Assembly: GCA_023140385.1 (NCBI GenBank)
Contig: JAGLLT010000013.1
Location: 1 to 35,034, forward strand
Source: Candidatus Omnitrophota bacterium
GTDB lineage: Bacteria > Omnitrophota > Gorgyraeia > JAGLLT01
Direction: 5' to 3'
DNA length: 35,034 nt
How positions within the stretch are numbered: position 1 is the stretch's first letter; each line of letters starts with the position of its first letter. A program made the translations under genes and the position numbers. The notes beneath the pieces were generated by a model that was given only the letters and a program-made list of their open reading frames with translations, was not told the DNA's origin and ran no database searches. Below, in pieces: positions 27,310 through 35,034 of this stretch.

Positions 27310-28172
27310 TTTTGTTTTTGCCGCAGGGCTTCGCGCATAATTCTTTCGGAAGGATTAATACCCGTCCAAATTTTGAAAGCCCTCATGCCTTGATAAAGCA
27401 AAAGCCCTTCTCCGTTGAGGACTTTAAGGCCGCGTAGTTCGGCCGTTTTTAATAGTTTTGTCCGGGGAGGATTATAGATTAGATCGCAGACAAGAAGTTT
27501 GCTGTGCAAAAATTTCGCCTCTATTACCGGGGGGTCGGTTTTTTTAAGCCCCACACCGGTCGCGTTTATAAACAACCCGGACGACATAACAGCCTCTTCG
27601 ATTCGCTTTTTACCCGCGAAAGGGATGGCGGAAATCCGGCATTTGGAAAATTCCGGCTTTAGCGACAATTTTAATTTTTTTGCTTTGCCGTCTTCTATAT
27701 CAACTAAAGTTATCGATTCCGCTTTGTTATCAGCCAGTGCGAAAGCCGCCGCGCGGGAAGCTCCTCCGGCTCCTAAGATAAAAATATTTTTACCCTTAGG
27801 CTCAAATTTCGCGTCCAGCCTTAAGGAGTCAATAAAACCATCAGCATCTGAATTATAACCCTTAAGCCTGCCGTTACAATTTACTACAGTATTGACCGCG
27901 CCTATCGCTTTTGCCTGGGGATCAACATAATCAAGATATCTGATGCATTTTTCTTTGTGGGGTATAGTAACGTTTATGCCTCTGATGCCTAAGGCTCTGA
28001 CAGCTTCTATGGCATACTTTAAACTTTTTGGCGGAACCTTAAAAGCAACATATTTGGCATTCATTTTAAGGGCGGCAAAGGCGGCATTATGCATCAGGCA
28101 GGAAGCGGTATGTTCAACCGGATATCCTATTAAGGCATAAATTTCTGTCAGGCCGTTTATTTCCGCTTTCAT
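27306..28172 (-). CDS. aroE: Shikimate dehydrogenase
   Basis: GINVTIPHK, IGAVNT, GYNSD, GAGGA, NAT, DLIYNP and LLYQG motifs. Confidence 0.94.
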   Translation of the reverse strand: MKAEINGLTEIYALIGYPVEHTASCLMHNAAFAALKMNAKYVAFKVPPKSLKYAIEAVRALGIRGINVTIPHKEKCIRYLDYVDPQAKAIGAVNTVVNCNGRLKGYNSDADGFIDSLRLDAKFEPKGKNIFILGAGGASRAAAFALADNKAESITLVDIEDGKAKKLKLSLKPEFSKCRISAIPFAGKKRIEEAVMSSGLFINATGVGLKKTDPPVIEAKFLHSKLLVCDLIYNPPRTKLLKTAELRGLKVLNGEGLLLYQGMRAFKIWTGINPSERIMREALRQKQK

Positions 28173-28191
28173 TAAAGTAATCCGCTAAAGT

Positions 28192-29706
28192 TTATTTTCG
28201 CTTAGATATGTAAATCAACTTATTAATAGCGTTAATGTACGCTTTGGCGCTTGCTTCAAGGATATCAGTGCTTGAACCTTTACCTATTATCTCTCTTTCC
28301 TTAAATTTAACCTTTACCGTAACCTCGCCCAGGGCGTCTTTTCCTCTGCTAACAGACTGCAAAGAGTAGTCTATTAACCTTCCTTTAATGCGGGCAATTT
28401 TATCAATAGCCTTGTAACAGGCATCAACCGGGCCGTCTCCCGAGGCCTTTTTCTTTAAGCTCTCGCCTTTAGACTCAAGCTCCACCTCTGCTACAGGAAA
28501 AGAGCCGGTCTCACTTGTAATATGCATACTTCTAAACTTCCAGACCCGCGGTATCTCGGAAATCTGCCCCTCAACAATTGTCTCCAGATCTTCGTCATAT
28601 ATTTCTTTTTTCTTATTAGCCAGCCGCATAAAATTACCAAAGGCCGTCTCCGCGTCCTTTTTACCCAAGTTAAAACCCAACTCCTTCAGGCGCACCTTAA
28701 AAGCGTGCCGGCCCGAGTGCCTGCCTAAAACCAGCCGGCTTTTGGAAAAACCTACATCTTCCGGCCTCATTATTTCATAGGTGCTTCTTTCTTTAATAAG
28801 TCCGTCCTGATGTATCCCGGACTCATGGCTAAAGGCATTTTTACCGATAATAGCCTTATTGGGCTGTACCTTAATCCCCATAAGATGACTTACAAGCCTG
28901 GACGTCTTATAGAGTTCCTTTATCTTAACCGACGTAGACACTTCATAAAAATCGCTTCTGGTCTTAATGGCCATAACCACTTCTTCTAAAGGAGCGCTGC
29001 CCGCTCTTTCTCCAATTCCGTTTATGGTACACTCCACCTGGCGGGCGCCATTTTTTACCGCCGACAGAGAATTAGCCGTGGCCATACCCAGATCATCATG
29101 GCAGTGAGCGCTTATAACAGCCTTATCTATATTATCTACTTCCTTCATCAGGTAAGCTATGAGCCGGCCAAAGTTTTCCGGTGTGGCATAGCCAACAGTA
29201 TCCGGAATATTTACCGTCGTGGCTCCGGCATCAATAACCGCCTCAACAACCTGAACTAAAAAATCAACCTCTGTACGGGAGGCATCTTCCGGCGAAAACT
29301 CTACGTCTTCAACCTTGCGCCTGGCGTACTTAACCGCCTCAACCGCCTGCTTCAAAATCTCTTCCTTCGCCTTCCTCAACTTATACTTCATATGTATCTT
29401 GGAAGTTGCCAAAAAAACATGTATCCTTTTCTTTTTGGCCGCTTTTATAGATTTATAAGCAGCGTCAATATCTTCCTTCTTGGCCCTGGCCAGCGCGCAA
29501 ATAACCGGTTTCTTGATGTCTCCGGCAATCAACTTTACCGCCTCAAAGTCCGCCTTAGAGGCTATAGGAAAACCGGCCTCAATCACGTCTACGTTCAGAC
29601 GCTCCAGCTGATGAGCAACTTCAACCTTCTGCCTGATATCCAGGCTCGCCCCCGGAGACTGCTCTCCATCTCTTAAAGTAGTATCAAAGATTATTATTTT
29701 TTTCAT
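28192..29706 (-). CDS. leuA: 2-isopropylmalate synthase
   Basis: FDTTLRDGEQSPG, HCHDDLG, GIGERAG and HESGIHQDG motifs, plus the C-terminal regulatory domain (GDGPVDA). Confidence 0.95.
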   Translation of the reverse strand: MKKIIIFDTTLRDGEQSPGASLDIRQKVEVAHQLERLNVDVIEAGFPIASKADFEAVKLIAGDIKKPVICALARAKKEDIDAAYKSIKAAKKKRIHVFLATSKIHMKYKLRKAKEEILKQAVEAVKYARRKVEDVEFSPEDASRTEVDFLVQVVEAVIDAGATTVNIPDTVGYATPENFGRLIAYLMKEVDNIDKAVISAHCHDDLGMATANSLSAVKNGARQVECTINGIGERAGSAPLEEVVMAIKTRSDFYEVSTSVKIKELYKTSRLVSHLMGIKVQPNKAIIGKNAFSHESGIHQDGLIKERSTYEIMRPEDVGFSKSRLVLGRHSGRHAFKVRLKELGFNLGKKDAETAFGNFMRLANKKKEIYDEDLETIVEGQISEIPRVWKFRSMHITSETGSFPVAEVELESKGESLKKKASGDGPVDACYKAIDKIARIKGRLIDYSLQSVSRGKDALGEVTVKVKFKEREIIGKGSSTDILEASAKAYINAINKLIYISKRK

Positions 29707-29726
29707 GTTAAATTACAGATTAATTT

Positions 29727-29774
29727 AGAATCCAGAATATAAATTTCTGGTATCTGGCAACTGGTATCTGGTTT
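29727..29774. repeat. 7-nt tandem repeat with a short inverted partner between ilvC and leuA
   Basis: CTGGTAT CTGGCAA CTGGTAT CTGGTTT (29747-29774) and TAGAATC CAGAATA (29727-29740). Confidence 0.65.
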
Positions 29775-29779
29775 CTTCT

Positions 29780-30775
29780 TTAACTTTTCCCTATCCAACT
29801 CATCATACCTCTGAGTTTTTTACCGATAATCTCAAGGCGATGTTTGGTATCACGTTTTCTCAGCTTGTTAAAAACAGTTCTTCTTGTTCTGTTTTCTTCC
29901 ATCCACTCTTTCGCGAATTTACCTGACTGAATATCCTTAAGAATCTTTTTCATTCTGCTTCTTACGCTTTTGTTTATAATTACCGGCCCGCGGCTCAAAT
30001 CACCGTACTCGGCGGTATCAGAAATAACCTCCCGCATACCCTGCAGGCCTGACTTATATATCAAATCGGTAATTAGCTTAAGTTCGTGACAGCATTCAAA
30101 GTAGGCAATTTCAGGCTGATAGCCGGCATCAACCAGAGTATCAAAGCCGGCCTTGATAAGTTCGGTAACGCCTCCGCAAAGAACCGCCTGCTCACCGAAG
30201 AGATCGGTTTCGGTTTCTTCTTTAAAAGTAGTTTCTATAACACCCGCTCTCGTGCCCCCAATTCCCTTCGCGTAAGCTAACGCCCTATCGAGCGCGTTAC
30301 CGCTATGCTCCTGAAATATCGCCACCAGGCAGGGAACCCCCATACCTTTTTCATACATTTCTCTTACCAGAGTGCCCGGCCCCTTAGGAGCAATCATAAA
30401 GACATCAACATAATTAGGAGGTGTTATCTGTTTAAAATGAATATTAAAACCGTGAGAAAAAACAAGAGCGTTACCCTCTATAAGATTCGGTTCAACACAA
30501 TCACAGTATACTTTAGCCTGAACGTGATCCTGAGTAAGTATCTGGATTATATCGGCTTTTTTAGCGGCTTCCGCGGCTGAAACCGGTTTAAATTTATCCT
30601 TAACCGCCTGTTTCCAGTTAGCGCTGCCTTTGAGATCGCTTACTATAACATCAAGGCCGCTGTCTCTTAAATTTAAACTCTGAGCGCGGCCCTGGGCGCC
30701 ATATCCAATAACCGCGATTTTTTTTCCTTTTAATACTTTTAAATCAGCATCCTTGTCAGTGTAAACCCTGGGCAT
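29780..30775 (-). CDS. ilvC: Ketol-acid reductoisomerase
   Basis: [35 protein letters not shown] and SDTAEYG motifs. Confidence 0.97.
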   Translation of the reverse strand: MPRVYTDKDADLKVLKGKKIAVIGYGAQGRAQSLNLRDSGLDVIVSDLKGSANWKQAVKDKFKPVSAAEAAKKADIIQILTQDHVQAKVYCDCVEPNLIEGNALVFSHGFNIHFKQITPPNYVDVFMIAPKGPGTLVREMYEKGMGVPCLVAIFQEHSGNALDRALAYAKGIGGTRAGVIETTFKEETETDLFGEQAVLCGGVTELIKAGFDTLVDAGYQPEIAYFECCHELKLITDLIYKSGLQGMREVISDTAEYGDLSRGPVIINKSVRSRMKKILKDIQSGKFAKEWMEENRTRRTVFNKLRKRDTKHRLEIIGKKLRGMMSWIGKS

Positions 30776-30799
30776 CTTTTAACCTCCTCGTATAATTTG

Positions 30800-31282
30800 T
30801 TATTCTTTATCTTTGGCAATAGCTATCTTGCCGGTTCTTACCATCTCTTTAATTTCATATCCCTTCAGGCCATTAAATAACTCTTCCGTTTCCTTTTTAC
30901 TGCCGCAAAACTGAACCAGCATCATTCCCCGGTTTTCATTGAGGATTTCGGCCTTGAATTTACCTAAGGCGGCTTTTAAGTTACTATCGCCTTCAATTTT
31001 AAAAAGAAGTAGCTCTCTGTCAACAAAGCCCCTTTTCGTCAAATCGTCAACTCTAATCACGTCAATTAACTTATTTAACTGCTTATCTACCTGCTCCAAT
31101 GTCCTGTCGTCTCCCGTGACGACAATGGTCATACGCGAGATAGTCGGATCCTCTGTTTCTCCTACGGCAAGAGAGTCAATGTTAAAACCTCTTGCCGAAA
31201 AAAGGCTGGAGATATGAGCCAAAACCCCGAACTTATTTTCAACTAAAACAGAAACAATATGTTTTTTAAGCTTATTAGACAT
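30800..31282 (-). CDS. ilvN: Acetolactate synthase small (regulatory) subunit
   Basis: ACT domain VLVENKFGVL..LFSARGFNIDSL.V, KQLNKLIDV and EMVRTG. Confidence 0.94.
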   Translation of the reverse strand: MSNKLKKHIVSVLVENKFGVLAHISSLFSARGFNIDSLAVGETEDPTISRMTIVVTGDDRTLEQVDKQLNKLIDVIRVDDLTKRGFVDRELLLFKIEGDSNLKAALGKFKAEILNENRGMMLVQFCGSKKETEELFNGLKGYEIKEMVRTGKIAIAKDKE

Positions 31283-31286
31283 AATT

Positions 31287-32960
31287 CTACGCTAAGCCTC
31301 CCATCATCTTATTAATCGCGTTACCCGGCGCAACCATGGGAAAAACATTTTCCTCACCTTCAACATGAAAATCAATCAAAACCGGCCCGGCAGTCTTAAT
31401 GGCTTCTTTAAGCGCCTTGGTAACATCTTGTTTTTTGGTAACCTTAATACCCTTAACTCCATAACCTTCCGCTATTTTTACAAAATCAGGATTCTTTAAA
31501 GGTGTAGATTGATAACGCTTATCATAAAACAATTCCTGCCACTGCCTAACCATCCCCAGGCATGAGTTATTTAGTATTAATATTTTAACCGGGATCTTGT
31601 ACTCAGCTACCGTAGCTAATTCCTGAATGTTCATCTGAATACTACCGTCACCGGCAATATCAAAAACCAATTTATCCGGATTGCCCACTTGAGCCCCCAT
31701 GGCCGCCGGAAAACCATAACCCATAGTTCCCAGACCGCCGCTGGTTAAAAAAGTGCGCGGCTTAATATGCTGATAAAATAAAGCCGCCCACATCTGATGC
31801 TGGCCAACCTCAGTGGCAATAATAGCTTTACCCTCGGTAAGCTTGTTAAGCTCTTCAATAATATACTGAGGGCGCAGCTTATTATCATCCCTATAAGTCA
31901 GGGGATGTGTCTTCTTCCAACCGTCTATCTGCTTAAGCCAGGCATTAGTATTTGGTTTTTTATTCATTTTCTTATTTAAATCACTTAAAACACTCCTGCA
32001 ATCACCTACAATGGGGATATCAACTTTAACATTCTTACTTATACTTGATGGGTCAATATCAATATGGATTACTTTAGCATCCGGAGCAAACTCATCGATC
32101 TTACCCGTAACTCTATCATCAAATCTGGAACCAACGGCAATAATTAAGTCCGAATCCATTATGGCAAAATTAGCATAGGCTGAACCATGCATACCCAGCA
32201 TCTTTAAGGACAAGGGATGCGTTTCAGGAAAACCGCCGAGGCCGGTTAAGGTTGTAGTAACCGGAATACCGTTTTTTTCGGCCAGTTCTTTTAATTCCTT
32301 CTCAGCTCCGGAAATAATGACGCCGCCGCCGGCATAAATAACAGGCCGCCTGCTTTCAGATATCAGGGCGGCCGCCCTTTTTATTTGGCCCGGATGCCCC
32401 GTATATGTCGGATTATAACTCCTTAGGTTAACCTTCTTAGGATAATTAAAATCCATTTCCTGCAAAGTAACATCTTTAGGTAAATCAATTAAAACCGGGC
32501 CCGGCCTGCCGGTTGAAGCAATATAAAAAGCCTCTTTTATTATGCGGGCTAAATCTTTAACATCTTTAACTAAATAATTATGTTTAGTAATCGAACGTGA
32601 AATACCTGTTAAATCAGCTTCCTGAAAAGCATCATTTCCAATCATATTGGTATTAACCTGGCCGGTTATGGCTACAATGGGAATAGAATCAAAATTAGCG
32701 GTTGCCAGGCCGGTAACTATATTAGTAGCTCCCGGGCCTGAAGTCACCATGCAAACTCCAACTTTGCCTGTAGCTCTGGCATAGCCGTCAGCCGCGTGAG
32801 CCGCTCCCTGCTCATGACGCGTCAGAAGAAATTGTATCTCCTTGCAATCATAGAGCTTGTCTAAAACAGGCAACAGATATCCACCCGGTATACCGAAGAT
32901 AACATCAACATTCTCTTTAATAAGCGAATTAATTAAAATCTGCGCGCCACTTAGTTTCAT
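31287..32960 (-). CDS. ilvB: Acetolactate synthase large subunit
   Basis: [33 protein letters not shown] and [14 protein letters not shown] motifs. ATG 32960 is preceded by AGGAG. Confidence 0.96.
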   Translation of the reverse strand: MKLSGAQILINSLIKENVDVIFGIPGGYLLPVLDKLYDCKEIQFLLTRHEQGAAHAADGYARATGKVGVCMVTSGPGATNIVTGLATANFDSIPIVAITGQVNTNMIGNDAFQEADLTGISRSITKHNYLVKDVKDLARIIKEAFYIASTGRPGPVLIDLPKDVTLQEMDFNYPKKVNLRSYNPTYTGHPGQIKRAAALISESRRPVIYAGGGVIISGAEKELKELAEKNGIPVTTTLTGLGGFPETHPLSLKMLGMHGSAYANFAIMDSDLIIAVGSRFDDRVTGKIDEFAPDAKVIHIDIDPSSISKNVKVDIPIVGDCRSVLSDLNKKMNKKPNTNAWLKQIDGWKKTHPLTYRDDNKLRPQYIIEELNKLTEGKAIIATEVGQHQMWAALFYQHIKPRTFLTSGGLGTMGYGFPAAMGAQVGNPDKLVFDIAGDGSIQMNIQELATVAEYKIPVKILILNNSCLGMVRQWQELFYDKRYQSTPLKNPDFVKIAEGYGVKGIKVTKKQDVTKALKEAIKTAGPVLIDFHVEGEENVFPMVAPGNAINKMMGGLA

Positions 32961-32990
32961 AATCACTCACTCCTATTTAACTTAAAGCTA

Positions 32991-33018
32991 ATTATAACAC
33001 AAGGATATTTCATGTCAA
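32991..33018 (-). promoter_or_regulatory. Consensus sigma70 promoter with extended -10 for the ilv/aro operon
   Basis: TTGACA (33018-33013), 16 nt ending TGT, TATAAT (32996-32991). Confidence 0.8.
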
Positions 33019-33107
33019 GAATCTAAATTTTACTGGGGGTAACTCAAGGTGATCTCTTGTTACTGAGAGAGCTATAAATGCAGATGCAACAAATTATTTT
33101 TTTACTT

Positions 33108-34385
33108 CTATTTTAACAATTCTTTAAATACAGTACTATTTTTTATCTCTTGATAATCTTTATTTTTGTTGATTTCATCTATCATCTTTTCATCTAATTC
33201 AATAGCTTTTTTAGTCTCTTCAAAGGCTTCATTGGCTTGATTATACTTAAAATAAGCCAGGGCTAAATGGAGGTGAATTTCGCCTATGGAGTTATCTAAT
33301 TTTAAGGCTTCTTGGTATAAAGATATAGCTTTATTGTAATTGCCTTTTCTGTAATAGGCGTAAGCTAATGTATCTACAATATCGCAATCATTTGACTTTA
33401 AATCGTAAGCTTTTTGAGCTAAGGAGAAGGCTTTGTTTAGATTGATGTTTTGTTTTAGATAAAAGTAGGATAACCCATTAAGCGCCGAAGGATTATTTGC
33501 GTCTATATTTATCGCCTTCTTGTAGCTCTTTTCTGCTTCGGTAAATATTTTCATTTCATTATATAAAAAAGCTAATTTATTATAATCACTGGAATTAGAA
33601 CTTAAATTTGCACTTTTTTTAAAAACCTCAGCTGCTTTAGCCGTATTTCCATTATAATAATAAACATTACCTAGTCGTCTGTGTGCATCATATAGACGGG
33701 GGTCATATTTGACAGCCTTTTTGTAATTAGATATAGCCACATTGTACTTATTTTGCACTTCGTATACTAATCCTATATGGTAATATGCTTCAGCAAAATT
33801 AGGATTGTATTTGATAGCTATTTTATAAAAATGAATAGCTGAATTATACTCATTTTTATCACAATAAATACGCCCCAATCCATAATAACTTAAGGCAAAT
33901 TTTGGTGCAATCTCTATGGCTTTTTTATAATAAACTACAGCTTTGTCATATTCTTTCTGTTCCACATAGACATTTCCTATGTTATGTAATGCGTTAGGAA
34001 AATTAGGCTCAAGGTTGGTGGCTTTTTTATATAAAGATAAAGCTTTATCATAATCTTCTTTATCTTGATAAATAACAGCAAGCCCATTGTATGCTAAGGC
34101 AGTAGGTTTAATAGATATAGACTTTTCAAAACATTCTTTAGCTTCATTATACAGTTCTATGTTGTAATAACAAATACCCATGTTATAATACGAATTTGAG
34201 TGTTCTGGATTAAGTTTAAGTGCTTTTTTGTATAGTTTTATTGCTTTCTCATATTGGTTGTGTCTAAAGCAATATCCCGCTCTACTATAGGGATTTAGTT
34301 TAAATATAGCATATATCAGTAGAGAAGATAAAACAATAAATCCAACCGCAATAAACAATACTACAACTTTTTTATTCCTTTTCAT
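33108..34385 (-). CDS. Membrane-anchored tetratricopeptide repeat protein
   Basis: Basic N-terminus plus hydrophobic helix, then about 10 34-aa repeats (AY..LG..Y....Y..A...YKKA...P). Visibly more AT-rich than the housekeeping genes. Confidence 0.9.
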   Translation of the reverse strand: MKRNKKVVVLFIAVGFIVLSSLLIYAIFKLNPYSRAGYCFRHNQYEKAIKLYKKALKLNPEHSNSYYNMGICYYNIELYNEAKECFEKSISIKPTALAYNGLAVIYQDKEDYDKALSLYKKATNLEPNFPNALHNIGNVYVEQKEYDKAVVYYKKAIEIAPKFALSYYGLGRIYCDKNEYNSAIHFYKIAIKYNPNFAEAYYHIGLVYEVQNKYNVAISNYKKAVKYDPRLYDAHRRLGNVYYYNGNTAKAAEVFKKSANLSSNSSDYNKLAFLYNEMKIFTEAEKSYKKAINIDANNPSALNGLSYFYLKQNINLNKAFSLAQKAYDLKSNDCDIVDTLAYAYYRKGNYNKAISLYQEALKLDNSIGEIHLHLALAYFKYNQANEAFEETKKAIELDEKMIDEINKNKDYQEIKNSTVFKELLK

Positions 34386-34451
34386 TACTTTTTTTTACCT
34401 TATAGTTAATTTATTCTATAGTGTGGCAGTATACCTCCGCGTATACGGTAC

Positions 34452-34470
34452 GGAGTCAGGCACTGACCCC
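34452..34470 (-). repeat. REP-like hairpin at the 3' truncation point of the RAYT remnant
   Basis: GGGGTCAG-TGC-CTGACTCC: 8-bp stem with one G-T pair. Confidence 0.65.
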
Positions 34471-34688
34471 GTTGTTTGCTTTGTGGAAATGATTACTCAT
34501 TATGCTCCATGCGTATATTTGCACGTTACTTTTTTCGAGTAATTCCTTTAGGCGGGTATATAACTCTTTCTTATCATACTCTTCTTTAAATATATATTTA
34601 CCTTCCATTCCCCGGGCTATTACCTGCCTACCGTCAGGCAGGCATGATGTAACGCCCCCGGATAATCTATTCTTGCTTGTCTTGGCAT
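34456..34688 (-). pseudogene. REP-associated tyrosine transposase (RAYT, IS200-like Y1 HUH) remnant, frameshifted and truncated
   Basis: From ATG 34688, deleting 34623-34642 gives MPRQARIDYPGALHHVIARGMEGKYIF...IYAWSIMSNHFH. Similarity stops right after the HUH motif; the catalytic Tyr region is absent. Confidence 0.9.
34623..34642. mobile_element. 20-nt palindromic REP-like insertion
   Basis: CCTGCCT-GACGGT-AGGCAGG (minus strand) with perfect 7-bp arms, splitting a GTA codon. Confidence 0.85.
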
Positions 34689-34694
34689 GCATTA

Positions 34695-34722
34695 ATATTA
34701 GCATCTTTTTATTTCTAGTCAA
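34695..34722 (-). promoter_or_regulatory. Putative sigma70 promoter of the RAYT gene (leaderless)
   Basis: TTGACT (34722-34717), 16 nt ending TGC, TAATAT (34700-34695); ATG begins after 6 further nt. Confidence 0.6.
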
Positions 34723-34982
34723 CAATAAAAATGCATGAATGCATCAACGTCCCTTAAAATTCGCTCTGCGTTTAGGGTAGCTTCATAGACTTGATTAGCG
34801 GGGAGTCGCTTCCGATATTATCATGCTGGCCGTAATAATCGGCGTAGCCAATAGGTGACTGAAGTTCGGTAAGTTCCGAAGCTTCTTAAGATAATAAGTT
34901 GTGTCTTGTTTTTATACTGCGGCTTTGACAGTGATAAAGATGTTTGAAGGGGAACGCGTGCTTTTACTTGACTTTTATATCA

Positions 34983-34998
34983 ATAGGTGACCCCCTAT
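34983..34998 (-). repeat. REP-like mini-hairpin upstream of the RAYT remnant
   Basis: ATAGG-GGGTCA-CCTAT; shares GGGGTCA with the hairpin at 34452-34470. Confidence 0.45.
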
Positions 34999-35034
34999 GC
35001 TACATGCTTAATAAACTTCAAATTCATACAAGGA

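Noticed and set aside
32961..33107. Attenuator leader peptide or T-box upstream of ilvB
   Set aside because: The promoter lies only about 30 nt from the start codon, leaving no room; no Ile/Leu/Val-rich mini-ORF seen.
34456..34725. 89-aa ORF as an intact gene
   Set aside because: Its N-terminal part is an off-frame reading created by the 20-nt insertion; the true start is 34688 in another frame.
34720..34920. Degraded HEPN-like coding remnant (KTRHNLL..EASELTE..EATLNAERIL, minus strand) or structured RNA
   Set aside because: Needs a stop read-through and a frame change, and the resemblance is too weak to support without tblastn/HMM or Infernal searches.

Overview
Bacterial genomic window in which every credible gene lies on the minus strand. 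The lineage is probably an anaerobic diderm; the gene mix resembles PVC/Omnitrophota-type genomes, which is my inference only. In transcription order (right to left): a decayed REP-associated tyrosine transposase (RAYT/Y1 HUH); a low-GC membrane-anchored TPR protein; ilvB-ilvN-ilvC-leuA-aroE-pilD-aroC-aroK-dprA-topA-xerC-waaA; two large secreted GH2 glycoside hydrolases; 5-formyl-THF cyclo-ligase-rny-ymdB-xseA-xseB-dxs-nadK; a four-subunit 2-oxoacid:ferredoxin oxidoreductase; gltX-glnS; and a tRNA-Gln(CUG) locus. The most unusual signals are at the two ends. (1) At 11-540 a small GIY-YIG nuclease gene sits between an orphan 5' half of tRNA-Gln and an intact tRNA-Gln, and its stop codon lies inside the intact tRNA. 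The orphan half is interrupted by tiny palindromic inserts, including an inverted, covarying hairpin pair at the anticodon flanked by a 3-bp direct repeat. (2) At 34456-34688 the RAYT gene is frameshifted by a precise 20-nt palindrome; removing it restores the canonical N-terminus. Other observations: intergenic 7-nt periodic repeat arrays, promoters implying near-leaderless mRNAs, and a possible non-canonical ATA start for rny.
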